From Roseomonas sp. (GTDB taxonomy: Bacteria; Pseudomonadota; Alphaproteobacteria; Acetobacterales; Acetobacteraceae), in NCBI GenBank assembly GCA_044356015.1, contig JBIKXA010000002.1:173-64172 (forward strand): 64,000 nucleotides of DNA. Reading direction: 5' to 3'. The translations under genes were made by a program, and so were the position numbers. Position 1 is the stretch's first letter; each line of letters starts with the position of its first letter. The notes beneath the pieces were generated by a model, which was not told where the DNA came from, did no database searches, and was given only the letters and a program-made list of their open reading frames with translations. This document shows positions 37,955-47,915 of this stretch, piece by piece.

Positions 37955-39571
37955 TCAGTTTGGCCAGGCGCCAAAGGGTGCATCACCGTCCTTCTTCACC
38001 TCATGCACTAGATCAATTTCCCAGGCGAGGTAGGCGCGCATGGCTTCCTCGATGCCGTCATTATGATCGAAGGGGAGCAGATGAACATCGTCGCAGTCCC
38101 AGTCCTCCGGATTACGTCGATTGGCAACAATAGGCAGGCCACAGGCTTTCCATTCTGCCATTCCGCCAGCCAAAATTGCTATCGGCACCGCGACGAGATC
38201 CGCCAGTTCAGCATAGGCCAAGCGGGCCAGCGCCGGTTCCGGCGCCGTGATCACAAGCTGCTCCGCTGCGCCAAGTTTCGGCAGCAGGCGCGCAAGACGC
38301 CCCCTCAAACCCCAGATCGCACCAGGTGCATGGCCAGCGCGGAAACTGACCGAACGATTCAAATCAATGATCCTCACGCGGTCCCCTTGGGCCGCAACTT
38401 CGCGCGGGGATATTTGCGGTGCGGCAATCCCATTTGCTTCCGGGCAATGCAGGGGCGGCGTGCCATCTTCAAGCGCGCCATTCAGCCCACCTTCAAGAAC
38501 ATAGACTTCCCACCCCCCAAGCTCGCGCAACCATCCCGCACTCATCCGCGCGCGCGTGCCGGTATCGTCAATCAGAATGATGCGGGCATGGCGCACCGCC
38601 ACCCACATATCCACCGATTGAACAAGCTGCCCGCCCGGCGCATTCAGGCTTCCTGGCAAATGACCTTGCACATATTCTGCCGGATCTCTCACATCCAGCA
38701 GATAGCAGCTTCGGGATATATCCTTTCTCAGTGTTTCTGCCTGTTGGGCATCAATGAAACGCACGCCGCGCTTTCGTGCAAAATGATCAGCACGCTCTAG
38801 GGCCAATTCTGCCTCTCGCGGTACGCCGATACTGAAGCTTTCCGTCTTGCCGTGCGCGCATTGGTAGCCCGCCAATTCCCAGCCCATGGTTCCATTGCGC
38901 AGGGCCACAACCTGATTGGGTATGCCAGCACTACGCAGCGATTCCGCGCCCATAATGGACCGAGTGCGCCCTGCGCAATTGATAATAATGGTGGTTTCAG
39001 GATTATGGACGAAATCCCCAATCCGATAAACCAGTTCACCACCCGGCACGTTGATGCCGCCGGGAATGGACATTCTGATGAATTCGTCCTTCGGTCGACT
39101 ATCAAGAATCACCATATTGCCGCCAGTCTTCACCATCGAATCCAATTCGGCGGGATCTATTGAAGGTGTTTCGTAGTGATGTTCGACCCATTCGCCAAAA
39201 GCCTTGGATGGCACGTGCACCCCTGAGAACGCGACATATCCGGCGGCAATCCAGTTGGGCATCCCACCCTCAAGAACAGAAACATCGGCATAGCCAATGA
39301 GCAGCAGATATTTGGCGAGTGTTTCCGCGCTACCCTGCCCGCCATCCACGCAAACGATACGCACGGTTTTGGAGGGCAAAAGTGCACGCGCGCGCCATTC
39401 CATGCGAGAAACTGGGCATGGCACGGCCCAGAACAAATGACAGGGACCGAAAGCACTTTCCTCACGCGCATCAAGAATGGCCAGTTCAACACCGTCATTG
39501 ATCAAGGTCTTAACCTGCGCAGGTGTCATGTATCGCAACGCAGCTCTGCCTGATGTGCTTGCTTGGATCAT
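37955..39571 (-). CDS. Multi-domain rhodanese-type sulfurtransferase
   Basis: Repeated rhodanese starts LDARE, LDSRP, LDVRD, IDLNR; active-site-like INCAGRTRS. Start taken at MIQAS (39571). Confidence 0.85.
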   Translation of the reverse strand: MIQASTSGRAALRYMTPAQVKTLINDGVELAILDAREESAFGPCHLFWAVPCPVSRMEWRARALLPSKTVRIVCVDGGQGSAETLAKYLLLIGYADVSVLEGGMPNWIAAGYVAFSGVHVPSKAFGEWVEHHYETPSIDPAELDSMVKTGGNMVILDSRPKDEFIRMSIPGGINVPGGELVYRIGDFVHNPETTIIINCAGRTRSIMGAESLRSAGIPNQVVALRNGTMGWELAGYQCAHGKTESFSIGVPREAELALERADHFARKRGVRFIDAQQAETLRKDISRSCYLLDVRDPAEYVQGHLPGSLNAPGGQLVQSVDMWVAVRHARIILIDDTGTRARMSAGWLRELGGWEVYVLEGGLNGALEDGTPPLHCPEANGIAAPQISPREVAAQGDRVRIIDLNRSVSFRAGHAPGAIWGLRGRLARLLPKLGAAEQLVITAPEPALARLAYAELADLVAVPIAILAGGMAEWKACGLPIVANRRNPEDWDCDDVHLLPFDHNDGIEEAMRAYLAWEIDLVHEVKKDGDAPFGAWPN

Positions 39572-39609
39572 TTCGCGTTCCCTTTGCAGAATATGCTGCC
39601 ATGACAAGT

Positions 39610-39630
39610 GTCCATCGTCAAATGATTTGA
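39610..39630 (+). repeat. Boundary motif copy 4
   Basis: GTCCATCGTCAAATGATTTGA; gapless similarity to copy 2 continues a further 42 nt (GAGTATC.GGC.CATCTG). Confidence 0.9.
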
Positions 39631-39796
39631 GGTCGATTTGCGGCTTGACTAGCGGAGTATCTGGCCCATCTGCGTGTCCACCGTCAGCGCCTCTGAGACC
39701 AAACTGGCGAAGTGAGGTACGGAGAATTTCCGGCTCATCGTAATCCCAAAGAAAGTGAGGATGAACCATCTGCGGCGCCACTAGTTGGCATCCCCC

Positions 39797-40533
39797 TCAC
39801 AGTCTCTCCACCATCCTGACCGCCCGCGATGCCAGCGAAAAGCTGTCCCTGCTGGCGCTGGCCTCTTCCCCTGGCGCATTGACCGCGCCCCAAATGGCCC
39901 GGCGATTGCGTTCGGCGAGGCTGTCGCCAAGCTCAACGATCCACAGCGCATCCCCCGCCGCACCAAGCCGGCGCAGCAGGTCGCGGTGCTGGTTGCGGGC
40001 CTCGGCAACCGACAAGGCCGGCAAGGTGAAAGCCGCAAAGCGCGGATTGATGATGGCTGGCACCGGAAATTCTGCCCCGGTGAATGGATTGCGGTCGCGC
40101 CGGTCGAGCATGACGCGGCCTTCGCGAATGCCGTACGCCGTGCCGCGCAACAGCCGCCACAGCTGCCCCGCGACCAGCAGCCCGATATCCATGAAAGCCG
40201 CCGCGCCATCGGTAAGATCAATCCGGAGATACCGCGCCGTGACAGGCGCGGGCAGCACCAGCACGACATTGCCCTGTGCCTCATCTTGCGCCTCGGCATT
40301 GATGGTGCCGGTGTCAGCCAACACCGTCGCAAAGCTGCTCACATTGGCAAGGCGCACGCGGATGGTGGCCTTGGCGCTGAGTGTGGTGGAAAGCAGCTTC
40401 ACGCAATCCACCGGCAGGGCTGCCAGCAGATCCACATCGATTGTTGCGCTGGCCGCATTGAGCCGCGCCCGCCGCCGTGGCTGCGCATCCTGAAGGTTGG
40501 CAAGCGGCATGCTCGGCACATTGGCTTGTGCGC
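39797..40533 (-). pseudogene. Prophage tail-region gene A copy 3 (N-terminus lost)
   Basis: Homology to copy 2 starts at GCGCACAAGCCA (~40533) and ends ERL*; the first ~15 codons are replaced. Confidence 0.72.
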
Positions 40534-40649
40534 AACTTCCATCATCGCGAGTGGCGCCTGCGCCTCAGGATCATCCGGCTCGGCTTCGGCGCGCGCAAGG
40601 GCGGCCGCGAGTTCATTGGCATTGCTGGACGCGGCTTCGGTGATGGCCA

Positions 40650-40975
40650 CCGGTGCAACGCCAACGCAGCCCAGCGGCGTAGAAATATAGCGTGGCGGTA
40701 TGATGGATCGCCTCGTCCGAGGTGGGGCTGTAGAGAACATTGGTCAGGATTTGTGCCAGCGTCGCAACCGCGCCAGGGGTTGCCATGCTCTCCCCCAGTG
40801 TGGCCACACGCGCGGCGTTGTAATCAATAATGCCTCTCACGAGGCTGTGATCGCCGGAAAGCAGCAAAGGCACACCGCGATAAAGCTGCGCGGTGGCGGC
40901 GAAGGGTGTCGCCAACGTCAGGTCGGTAGTGGTGCCGCTTGCGGCGGAGGTGGCGGCGCCGATGGCGGTATTGGT
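40650..40975 (-). pseudogene. Internal fragment of a putative phage tail-tube/major tail protein
   Basis: AATSAASGTTTDLTLATPFAATAQLYRGVPLLL...NVLYSPTSDEAIHHTATLYFYAAGLRW; no start; family recalled from alphaproteobacterial prophages. Confidence 0.45.
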
Positions 40976-41134
40976 GTTATGCGATGACGGGCAAGAGGGG
41001 CGGGCCCTCTCATATTCCGAGCTGCAAAACGGCGATTTGATCCTCTTGGCGCCAAAACTAGATCGATCGTAATAGACATGACGATAGGGATCGTAATGGC
41101 TAACCTTGCGCCTAGGCAGTTTTGGAGGAAGGCT

Positions 41135-42262
41135 ATGGGCACGCTCAACGGCTTAACAGTGCTGGAATTGGCAGGCATCGGGCCGGGTCCCTTCTGCGCG
41201 ATGTTGCTGGCCGATATGGGGGCGCGCGTGATCCGGATTGATCGCCCCGAAGGCCCGCCCGGTGCGCGCGATGATGTCGTTCTGCGTGGGCGTCGATCCC
41301 TGGTGTTGGACCTCAAGAATCCTTCCGCTATCGAGGCAGTGAAGCGCATGTCCCTGCAAGCCGATGCGCTGATTGAAGGCTTCCGGCCAGGTGTCATGGA
41401 ACGGCTTGGCCTGGGCCCAGAAACGCTGCTCAAAGCCAATCCGCGCCTGATCTATGGCCGCATGACGGGGTGGGGCCAGGCCGGGCCACTCGCGAAACGC
41501 GCGGGGCATGACATCAATTACATCGCGCTGACCGGGGCGCTGCATGCCATTGGCACTTCGGATCGCCCGCCGCCTCCGCCACTCAATCTCATCGGTGATT
41601 ATGGCGGCGGGGGGATGCTGCTGGCATTGGGCATTCTGGGGGCGTTGATTGAGCGCAGCCATTCAGGTCGTGGCCAAGTGGTGGATGCCGCCATGGTGGA
41701 TGGCGCAGCACTGCTGATGGCACCCATTTATGGCATGCTGGCGCGCGGGCGTTGGACCCCCGAGCGGGGCGTGAATTTCCTTGATGGCACCGCGAGTTTT
41801 TATGGCAGCTACGCCTGCGCCTGTGGCGGCTATGTTGCGGTGGGCCCCATTGAGCCCGCCTTCTTCGCGGAAATGCTTGAGCGTTTGGGGCTTGATGCGT
41901 CCGATTTTGACAATCGCATGGACCCCGCAACCTGGCCCACCCATAAGGCGAGATTGGCCGAAGCATTCCTCAGCCGAACGCGTGATGCATGGGCAGCGAT
42001 CTTTGCCGATAGCGATGGCTGCGTCACACCCATCCTTTCCATGGCAGAGGCACCTTCGCATCCACATGTCGCCGCGCGAGAGACCTTCGTCACGGCGCAT
42101 GGCGCGGTGCAACCGGCCCCAGCGCCACGCTTTTCCCGCACGCCATCCGCTATTGGCGCTGCGCCACCATTGCGCGGGGAGCATGGCGCAGAAATCCTGG
42201 CTGAATTCGCGTTCTCGGCAAAGGAGATTGAAAGCCTCACCACTGCTTCGAAGCCGCAATAA
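41135..42262 (+). CDS. CaiB/BaiF family III CoA-transferase / acyl-CoA racemase
   Basis: [42 protein letters not shown]. Confidence 0.92.
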   Translation: MGTLNGLTVLELAGIGPGPFCAMLLADMGARVIRIDRPEGPPGARDDVVLRGRRSLVLDLKNPSAIEAVKRMSLQADALIEGFRPGVMERLGLGPETLLKANPRLIYGRMTGWGQAGPLAKRAGHDINYIALTGALHAIGTSDRPPPPPLNLIGDYGGGGMLLALGILGALIERSHSGRGQVVDAAMVDGAALLMAPIYGMLARGRWTPERGVNFLDGTASFYGSYACACGGYVAVGPIEPAFFAEMLERLGLDASDFDNRMDPATWPTHKARLAEAFLSRTRDAWAAIFADSDGCVTPILSMAEAPSHPHVAARETFVTAHGAVQPAPAPRFSRTPSAIGAAPPLRGEHGAEILAEFAFSAKEIESLTTASKPQ

Positions 42263-42315
42263 TTGAAGCATCAGCTACGGCAATGACGGGCGCCGCGACG
42301 ATGAAGAAACATCCC

Positions 42316-43830
42316 TTAGCGGAAGCGTTCCTTCAATACACGGCGCAGCAACTTACCCGCTTCACTGCGGGGCAATTCTTCAAGAAAATCCACCGCCACG
42401 GGAATCTTGAGCCCACCGAGATGCGCGCGACAATGGGCGATAAGGGACTCAGCCAGTGCAGCATTTCCCGTAATATTCCGCAGCACCACCAAGGCGCGTG
42501 GGCGTTCGCCCAATTCAGCATCTGGAACCCCAACCACAGCGGCTTCCAACACTGCCGGGTGCATGCCGAGCACAGCCTCGATCTCCGCAGGATAGATATT
42601 GACGCCACCTGAAAGAATCAGATCAGCCCGACGGTCTGAAAGAAACAGAAAACCTTCTTCATCCAGCCAGCCAAGATCATGCAGGGTGGCCCAGCCGCTA
42701 TCATTGTAAGCGGCCGCCGTTTTTTCCGGATCATTGTGATAGGCGAAGCGTGCGCCGCCTTCGAACCAGATGCACCCGATTTCGCCGGGCGGGAGCCTGC
42801 GCCCTTCCTCATCCAGGATATGCACGGCGCCATAGGCGGGGCGGCCAACACTGCCCGGCTTGCGAAGCCAAGTGTGACTGTCAATAAAGCAAACGCCGAT
42901 GCCTTCACTGCCAGCATAGTATTCGCGAATGATTGGCCCCCACCAATCGATCATCGCCTGCTTCACCAGAACAGGGCAGGGGGCTGCCGCATGGATGGCG
43001 CAGCGATGGCTTGAAAGATCAAAGGTTTTTCGCATTGAATCCGGCAAGGCAAGCAGGCGCACGAACATGGTGGGCACCCATTGGCTATGGGTGACACGAA
43101 ATTTTTCAATCAGCGCCAAACACGCCGCCGCATCGAATTTTCGCGTAATTACCGCTGTGCCGCCACCGTCAATCGTGCGCTGGACATAGCGATTGGGCGC
43201 TGCGTGATAGAGCGGGGCCGGAGAAAGATAGACCGTATCTGCATCAAATCCATAGAATCCCTTCCAGCTCATGTCGAATTCGGGCTTATGGCAATCCGCA
43301 AAAGGAATGAGTGGACGGCGAATACCTTTTGGCAGGCCAGTGGTGCCTGAAGAATAAAGGAACTCCCGGCCGATCGGTCTTTCGCCATCCGGCCAAGTCG
43401 TGGGCCGGCCTTCCATGAGGGACCGCAGCGGCGCAAACCCCGGAATGGCTCCGCCCACGCTGAAACGATAGGGTAGGTTCTGCAGATCCAGCGCATCGGC
43501 CAAGGTGCTGAGCGAGGCCTCAGCGGCCAGCAATACTGCGCCGGAATCGCGCAGCACATGCGCCACTTCATGCGCGCGCAAATGAATGGAAAGCGGCGTC
43601 ACCATCAAGCCGGCGCGCTTTGCCCCATAGGTCAGGATCAGGAATTCCGGCGTATTTTCCAACAATAAGGCGATTCCCTGCCCCGGGCTGAGCCCCAAGC
43701 AGACCAAGCCATGCGCGATTTGGTTCGCCGCCTCATCCAATGCGCGAAAGCTCAGGCTAGCGCCGCTATCAGGGAAGATCGCCGCGGGCTTATCGGGCGT
43801 TTCGCGCGCCAATCTGGCGAGGTGCGGCAT
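42316..43830 (-). CDS. Acyl-CoA synthetase (AMP-binding)
   Basis: YSSGTTGLPKG, YYAGSEG, DLGWLDEEGF, SGGVNIYPAEIE, GKLLRR. Confidence 0.92.
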   Translation of the reverse strand: MPHLARLARETPDKPAAIFPDSGASLSFRALDEAANQIAHGLVCLGLSPGQGIALLLENTPEFLILTYGAKRAGLMVTPLSIHLRAHEVAHVLRDSGAVLLAAEASLSTLADALDLQNLPYRFSVGGAIPGFAPLRSLMEGRPTTWPDGERPIGREFLYSSGTTGLPKGIRRPLIPFADCHKPEFDMSWKGFYGFDADTVYLSPAPLYHAAPNRYVQRTIDGGGTAVITRKFDAAACLALIEKFRVTHSQWVPTMFVRLLALPDSMRKTFDLSSHRCAIHAAAPCPVLVKQAMIDWWGPIIREYYAGSEGIGVCFIDSHTWLRKPGSVGRPAYGAVHILDEEGRRLPPGEIGCIWFEGGARFAYHNDPEKTAAAYNDSGWATLHDLGWLDEEGFLFLSDRRADLILSGGVNIYPAEIEAVLGMHPAVLEAAVVGVPDAELGERPRALVVLRNITGNAALAESLIAHCRAHLGGLKIPVAVDFLEELPRSEAGKLLRRVLKERFR

Positions 43831-43899
43831 GAGTGGTCCTTGTCGCTTTCTTTTTTCTATTCATGAGATTCCATGCACAAGAAGGACGCGCGCTGTGCC

Positions 43900-44883
43900 T
43901 CAACCCAACTCCATGACCAGCCCTTCGCGACGGATGACGTCGCGCCATTTCGCTACCTCGCGTCCGACGAATGCAGTGAATTCTTCGGGCGTTGTCATAT
44001 GGGGTATGGACCCGGTCTGGGCGAATCGTGCTGCGGTTTCCGGGGTACTCAAAGCGGCGCGCACTTCGGCATTGATCGCTGCAATGGCTTCAGGCGGTGC
44101 GGCGGCATGGGCAAAAAGGCCCACCCAGGTGGAAACATCATAACCGGCCATCTCTGGCGCGGTTTCGCGCAGTGCGGGCACATCGGGAAGCAGCGGGCTC
44201 CGCTCGGCAGAGGTGACGGCCAGCGCCCTAAGCCGACCCGCCTGAACATGCTGACTGGCAGCAATGAGATTTTCAAACATGAATTGCACATTCCCGGCCA
44301 GTAATTCCACCAAAGCTGGCGCCGAACCACGGAACGGCACATGTGTCGCTTCCGCCTGCGCCAATTGCAGAAACCAAACGCCGGCAAGATGCGGCGATTG
44401 GCCAATTCCCGAAGAAGCATAGTTCAATTCGCGTGGGCGCCGCCGCAGCAATGCAATGAATTCCGCCACAGTAGACGCCTGTACCGAAGGATGCACCACC
44501 AGAATATTTGGGCCGCGGATAAGGCCGGATACGGGTGCAAAGGCCGAAGCTTCATATGGCAAGCCGCGGAAAAGCGTATAAGCAATGGCCTGTGGACCGA
44601 TATTTCCAACAAGCAACGTATGCCCGTCTGCCGGCGCGCGAAGGAATTCCACGGTGCCTGTTACGCCCCCACCACCGGAACGATTTTCCACGACCACCGG
44701 CTGGCCCCATGCGGCCTGTAGTTGTGCGGCTACGATACGCCCACCAATATCGGTGATGCCTCCCGGCGGAGCGGGGACGATGATCCGCATTTGCCGTGTT
44801 GGACGCCAGGTGGAGGCAGTAGCAGCAGGGGCAAGGCTGGCCGCGGCAAGGGCCAGCGCAAGACGGCGTTGCAATAGGGGCAT
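43900..44883 (-). CDS. Bug/TctC receptor
   Basis: PPGGITDIGGR, VENRSGGGG, HVPFRGSAPA, PDVPAL. Confidence 0.92.
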   Translation of the reverse strand: MPLLQRRLALALAAASLAPAATASTWRPTRQMRIIVPAPPGGITDIGGRIVAAQLQAAWGQPVVVENRSGGGGVTGTVEFLRAPADGHTLLVGNIGPQAIAYTLFRGLPYEASAFAPVSGLIRGPNILVVHPSVQASTVAEFIALLRRRPRELNYASSGIGQSPHLAGVWFLQLAQAEATHVPFRGSAPALVELLAGNVQFMFENLIAASQHVQAGRLRALAVTSAERSPLLPDVPALRETAPEMAGYDVSTWVGLFAHAAAPPEAIAAINAEVRAALSTPETAARFAQTGSIPHMTTPEEFTAFVGREVAKWRDVIRREGLVMELG

Positions 44884-44900
44884 CTGGCGTCCTCCTTTTC

Positions 44901-46463
44901 TTATGGGATTACGGTTTCGGAAATGCGGCGGGCAGCACGAAGCTCAGCCTTGCGAATCTTCCCTGTCGGGCTTCTCGGCAGAGCTTGCTTCAGAAATTCA
45001 ATCGTTTTCGGGCATTTGTATCCGGCAATTCGCGCGCGACAATGCAGAAGAAGCTGATCTTCCGTGAGTGTCGCTTCAGGACGCAGCACGGTAATGGCAT
45101 GCACCGCCTCTCCCCACCGGGGATGCGGGATGCCAATCACCGCACATTCCATCACCTCAGGATGTTCGAGAATGGCGAGTTCGACCTCTGCCGAATAGAT
45201 GTTCTCACCGCCGCTGATAATCATATCCTTCAGCCGATCCACCAGATAAAGAAAGCCATTTTCGTCGAGATAGCCGGCATCGCCGGTATGCATCCAGCCG
45301 CCGCGCAGCGCTGTAGCGGTTTCTTCAGGCCGGTTCCAGTATTCCTTCATGACCGTAGGACCACGAACCTGTACTTCGCCAATCTTCCCTATTGGCAAGG
45401 GCCGATCTTCTGCATCTGCGATGCGCAGTTCCACATTGGGCACGGCCTGACCAACGGACCGAAGACGCGGTGAGTGAAGGCGATGCTCTTCGGGTGGCAG
45501 CATGGTGGCCACGGGCGAAAGCTCCGTCTGGCCATAGGATTGCAGCAGTTCAACGCCTGGCAAGCGTTCCATCAATGCCGCAATAAGCGGTTGGGGCATC
45601 GGCGCCGCGCCATAGCTGAGCATGCGTAGTCTTGAGAGGTCATGCTGGCCAAGTGCTGGATGATCCAGCAGTGCTGTCACCATGGCAGGGACCGTGACGG
45701 CATGAGTCACGCCTTCCGCGGCCATGGTGCGGATGACATCACCTGCATCGAAGCGCGGCATAACAACGTGGCACCCACCATGCAGACTGGTGGAAAACAC
45801 CCGTGCACCGGCACCCATATGGAACAGGGGGCCGCAATGCAAATGCACCATCGCTGGGTTCATGCGCAAAAGTGCTGTGGTGTTCAGCGCATTCAGGATC
45901 AGACCCTGATGCGTCAGCGCCACGCCCTTTGCCCGGCCCGTTGTGCCGCCGGTGTAGAAAAGACAGGCAATATCCTCCCCACCGCGCCCAGCATCTTCCA
46001 CCGGTTCTTGCGTTTTGATCAGCGCTTCGGCCGCTTCAACGTCGAGAATATGGGGCGGGTTTTTCAGCGACCGGACAAGATCACGCGCGATCCCGGCATG
46101 CGCAGTATCTGCGAGCAAGACGCGTGGGCTGGAATCCGCCAATATTTCCAGCATTTCGGGCCAAGCGAAGCGGCTATTCACCGGGGCAAGGATGGCGCCG
46201 GCCCAGGGCACAGCATGATAGGCTTCGATGTAGAAATGGCTGCCATCGGCAAGGATCGCAACGCGCTCGCCAAAAGTTGCTCCAAGAGATTGAAGACATC
46301 CGGCCAGGCGCGCCACACGCTCTGCGTGCTCTCGCCAGGTGAAGCGCCGGGTACCGTCAACCACGGCAAAGAATGCACCGCGATCCCTTGCCGCGCGGCG
46401 CACAGAAGACGTCACGGAAATGCCGGGATTGCTCACGCGTGCCTCGGCCTTGCCGCCTGCCAT
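44901..46463 (-). CDS. Long-chain acyl-CoA ligase (AMP-binding)
   Basis: YTGGTTGRAKG, SYGQTE, HTGDAG, SGGENIYSAEVE, GKIRK. Confidence 0.92.
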   Translation of the reverse strand: MAGGKAEARVSNPGISVTSSVRRAARDRGAFFAVVDGTRRFTWREHAERVARLAGCLQSLGATFGERVAILADGSHFYIEAYHAVPWAGAILAPVNSRFAWPEMLEILADSSPRVLLADTAHAGIARDLVRSLKNPPHILDVEAAEALIKTQEPVEDAGRGGEDIACLFYTGGTTGRAKGVALTHQGLILNALNTTALLRMNPAMVHLHCGPLFHMGAGARVFSTSLHGGCHVVMPRFDAGDVIRTMAAEGVTHAVTVPAMVTALLDHPALGQHDLSRLRMLSYGAAPMPQPLIAALMERLPGVELLQSYGQTELSPVATMLPPEEHRLHSPRLRSVGQAVPNVELRIADAEDRPLPIGKIGEVQVRGPTVMKEYWNRPEETATALRGGWMHTGDAGYLDENGFLYLVDRLKDMIISGGENIYSAEVELAILEHPEVMECAVIGIPHPRWGEAVHAITVLRPEATLTEDQLLLHCRARIAGYKCPKTIEFLKQALPRSPTGKIRKAELRAARRISETVIP

Positions 46464-46652
46464 GCTTTAGTGGCTGGAATTTCCTCCATGCGCTGAGGCT
46501 AGGGCAAATGGATGGCCAAATTCAAGAACCGTTTCCCGCGCGGCCGAGGTAATGGGCGCCGCAATCCGTGGATGTCCTTTTCCTGGACAGCGCGCCCAAG
46601 GATCATCACAATCCCCTGGCAGTAACGTCACCAAAACCCCATGAGGCGTCGC

Positions 46653-47831
46653 ATGATTCCCCGTACCGTCTTTTCCGCAGCCCATGAACAGTTTCGCGAA
46701 CAGGTGTGCCGTTTCGTTGCGCGCGAAATCCTGCCCCATCACGGCGCCTGGGAAGAAGCGGGGGTGGTGCCGCGCGAAGCCTGGCGTAAGGCGGGCGAAG
46801 CCGGGCTATTGCTCTGCAATGTTCCGGAAGAATTTGGCGGCATGGGGGGCGATTTCCTGCATAGCGCCATTGTCATTGAAGAAATGTCGCGCGCCGGCGC
46901 CACTGGTCCTGCGTTTTCGCTCCACTCCGATATTGTGGCGCCTTATCTTCTTCATTACGGCACAGAAGCGCAAAAACGCCGTTGGTTACCGGCCATGGCA
47001 CGTGGTGAGGCATTGGCTGCCGTTGCTATGACAGAACCGCAAGGCGGTAGTGACCTTCAAGCCATCCGCACCACGGCGATTCGTGATGGTGACAGCTATG
47101 TGATCAGCGGTCAGAAAATCTATATCACCAATGCGCAGGGGGCGGATGTGATTGTCGTCGCCGCCAAGACCGACCCAACAGCGCGCGGACGCGGCGTTAG
47201 CCTGATCCTGGTGGAGACTGATCGGCCTGGCTTTGCACGCGGCAAGCCACTCAAGAAGGTCGGCTGCAAGGCGATGGATACATCAGAGCTTTTCATGGAC
47301 CAGGTACGTGTGCCTGTCTCGAATTTATTGGGGGAGGAAGGGCGCGGCTTTGTACAGCTTATGACAGAGCTTGCCCAGGAACGCTTGGTGCAGGCGGTGC
47401 GCGCAGTGGCGTCGGCAGAGGCTGCGCTTGAGCAGACCATTGCCTATGTCACCACACGCCCGGCTTTTGGCCAGACAGTGGCGGATTTCCAGAATACGCA
47501 GTTCCGCCTTGCAGAAATGCGCTCAGAGATCGCGGTTTTGCGCGTTTATGTGGACCGCTGCCTTGAGGTGCATTTGACCGGAGGCTTGGATGCGGTGGAT
47601 GCTGCCATCGCCAAAATGCAGGCAACCGAAATGCAGGGCCGCGTGATGGATCAATGCGTCCAATTACACGGTGGCGCCGGTTATATGTGGGAATATCCCA
47701 TCGCGCGCGCCTGGGCCGATGCGCGCATGGCGCGCATTGCTGGCGGTTCCATCGAAGTCATGAAACAGATCATCGCGCGTTCGCTATTGCCGAAGCAAGA
47801 AAAACGCCATGGCCGGGCTGCCGCTGAATAA
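46653..47831 (+). CDS. Acyl-CoA dehydrogenase
   Basis: AMTEPQGGSDL, ISGQKIYITN, DTSELF, QLHGGAGY, RIAGGSIEVM. Confidence 0.93.
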   Translation: MIPRTVFSAAHEQFREQVCRFVAREILPHHGAWEEAGVVPREAWRKAGEAGLLLCNVPEEFGGMGGDFLHSAIVIEEMSRAGATGPAFSLHSDIVAPYLLHYGTEAQKRRWLPAMARGEALAAVAMTEPQGGSDLQAIRTTAIRDGDSYVISGQKIYITNAQGADVIVVAAKTDPTARGRGVSLILVETDRPGFARGKPLKKVGCKAMDTSELFMDQVRVPVSNLLGEEGRGFVQLMTELAQERLVQAVRAVASAEAALEQTIAYVTTRPAFGQTVADFQNTQFRLAEMRSEIAVLRVYVDRCLEVHLTGGLDAVDAAIAKMQATEMQGRVMDQCVQLHGGAGYMWEYPIARAWADARMARIAGGSIEVMKQIIARSLLPKQEKRHGRAAAE

Positions 47832-47915
47832 TCTTCACGGTAAACGACCATGGTGATGATTTGCTGGCGCGCCAGGAAGCGCTTACGCCCCCAAGGCGCG
47901 CCAGCAATATGACGG

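Noticed and set aside
16085-39630. Boundary motif as a dif/Xer site or integron attC
   Set aside because: No match to the XerC/XerD arm consensus, no RYYYAAC/GTTRRRY ends, and no tyrosine recombinase in the window.
39572-39781. 70-aa N-terminal extension of the rhodanese, and the LKSFDDG peptide shared with the gene A copy 2 extension
   Set aside because: The shared peptide is the translation of the DNA boundary motif; no evidence for a conserved protein domain.
30357-40533. Diversity-generating retroelement or shufflon explanation for the tail-gene copies
   Set aside because: No reverse transcriptase or invertase in the window, differences are not confined to adenines, and all copies are co-oriented.
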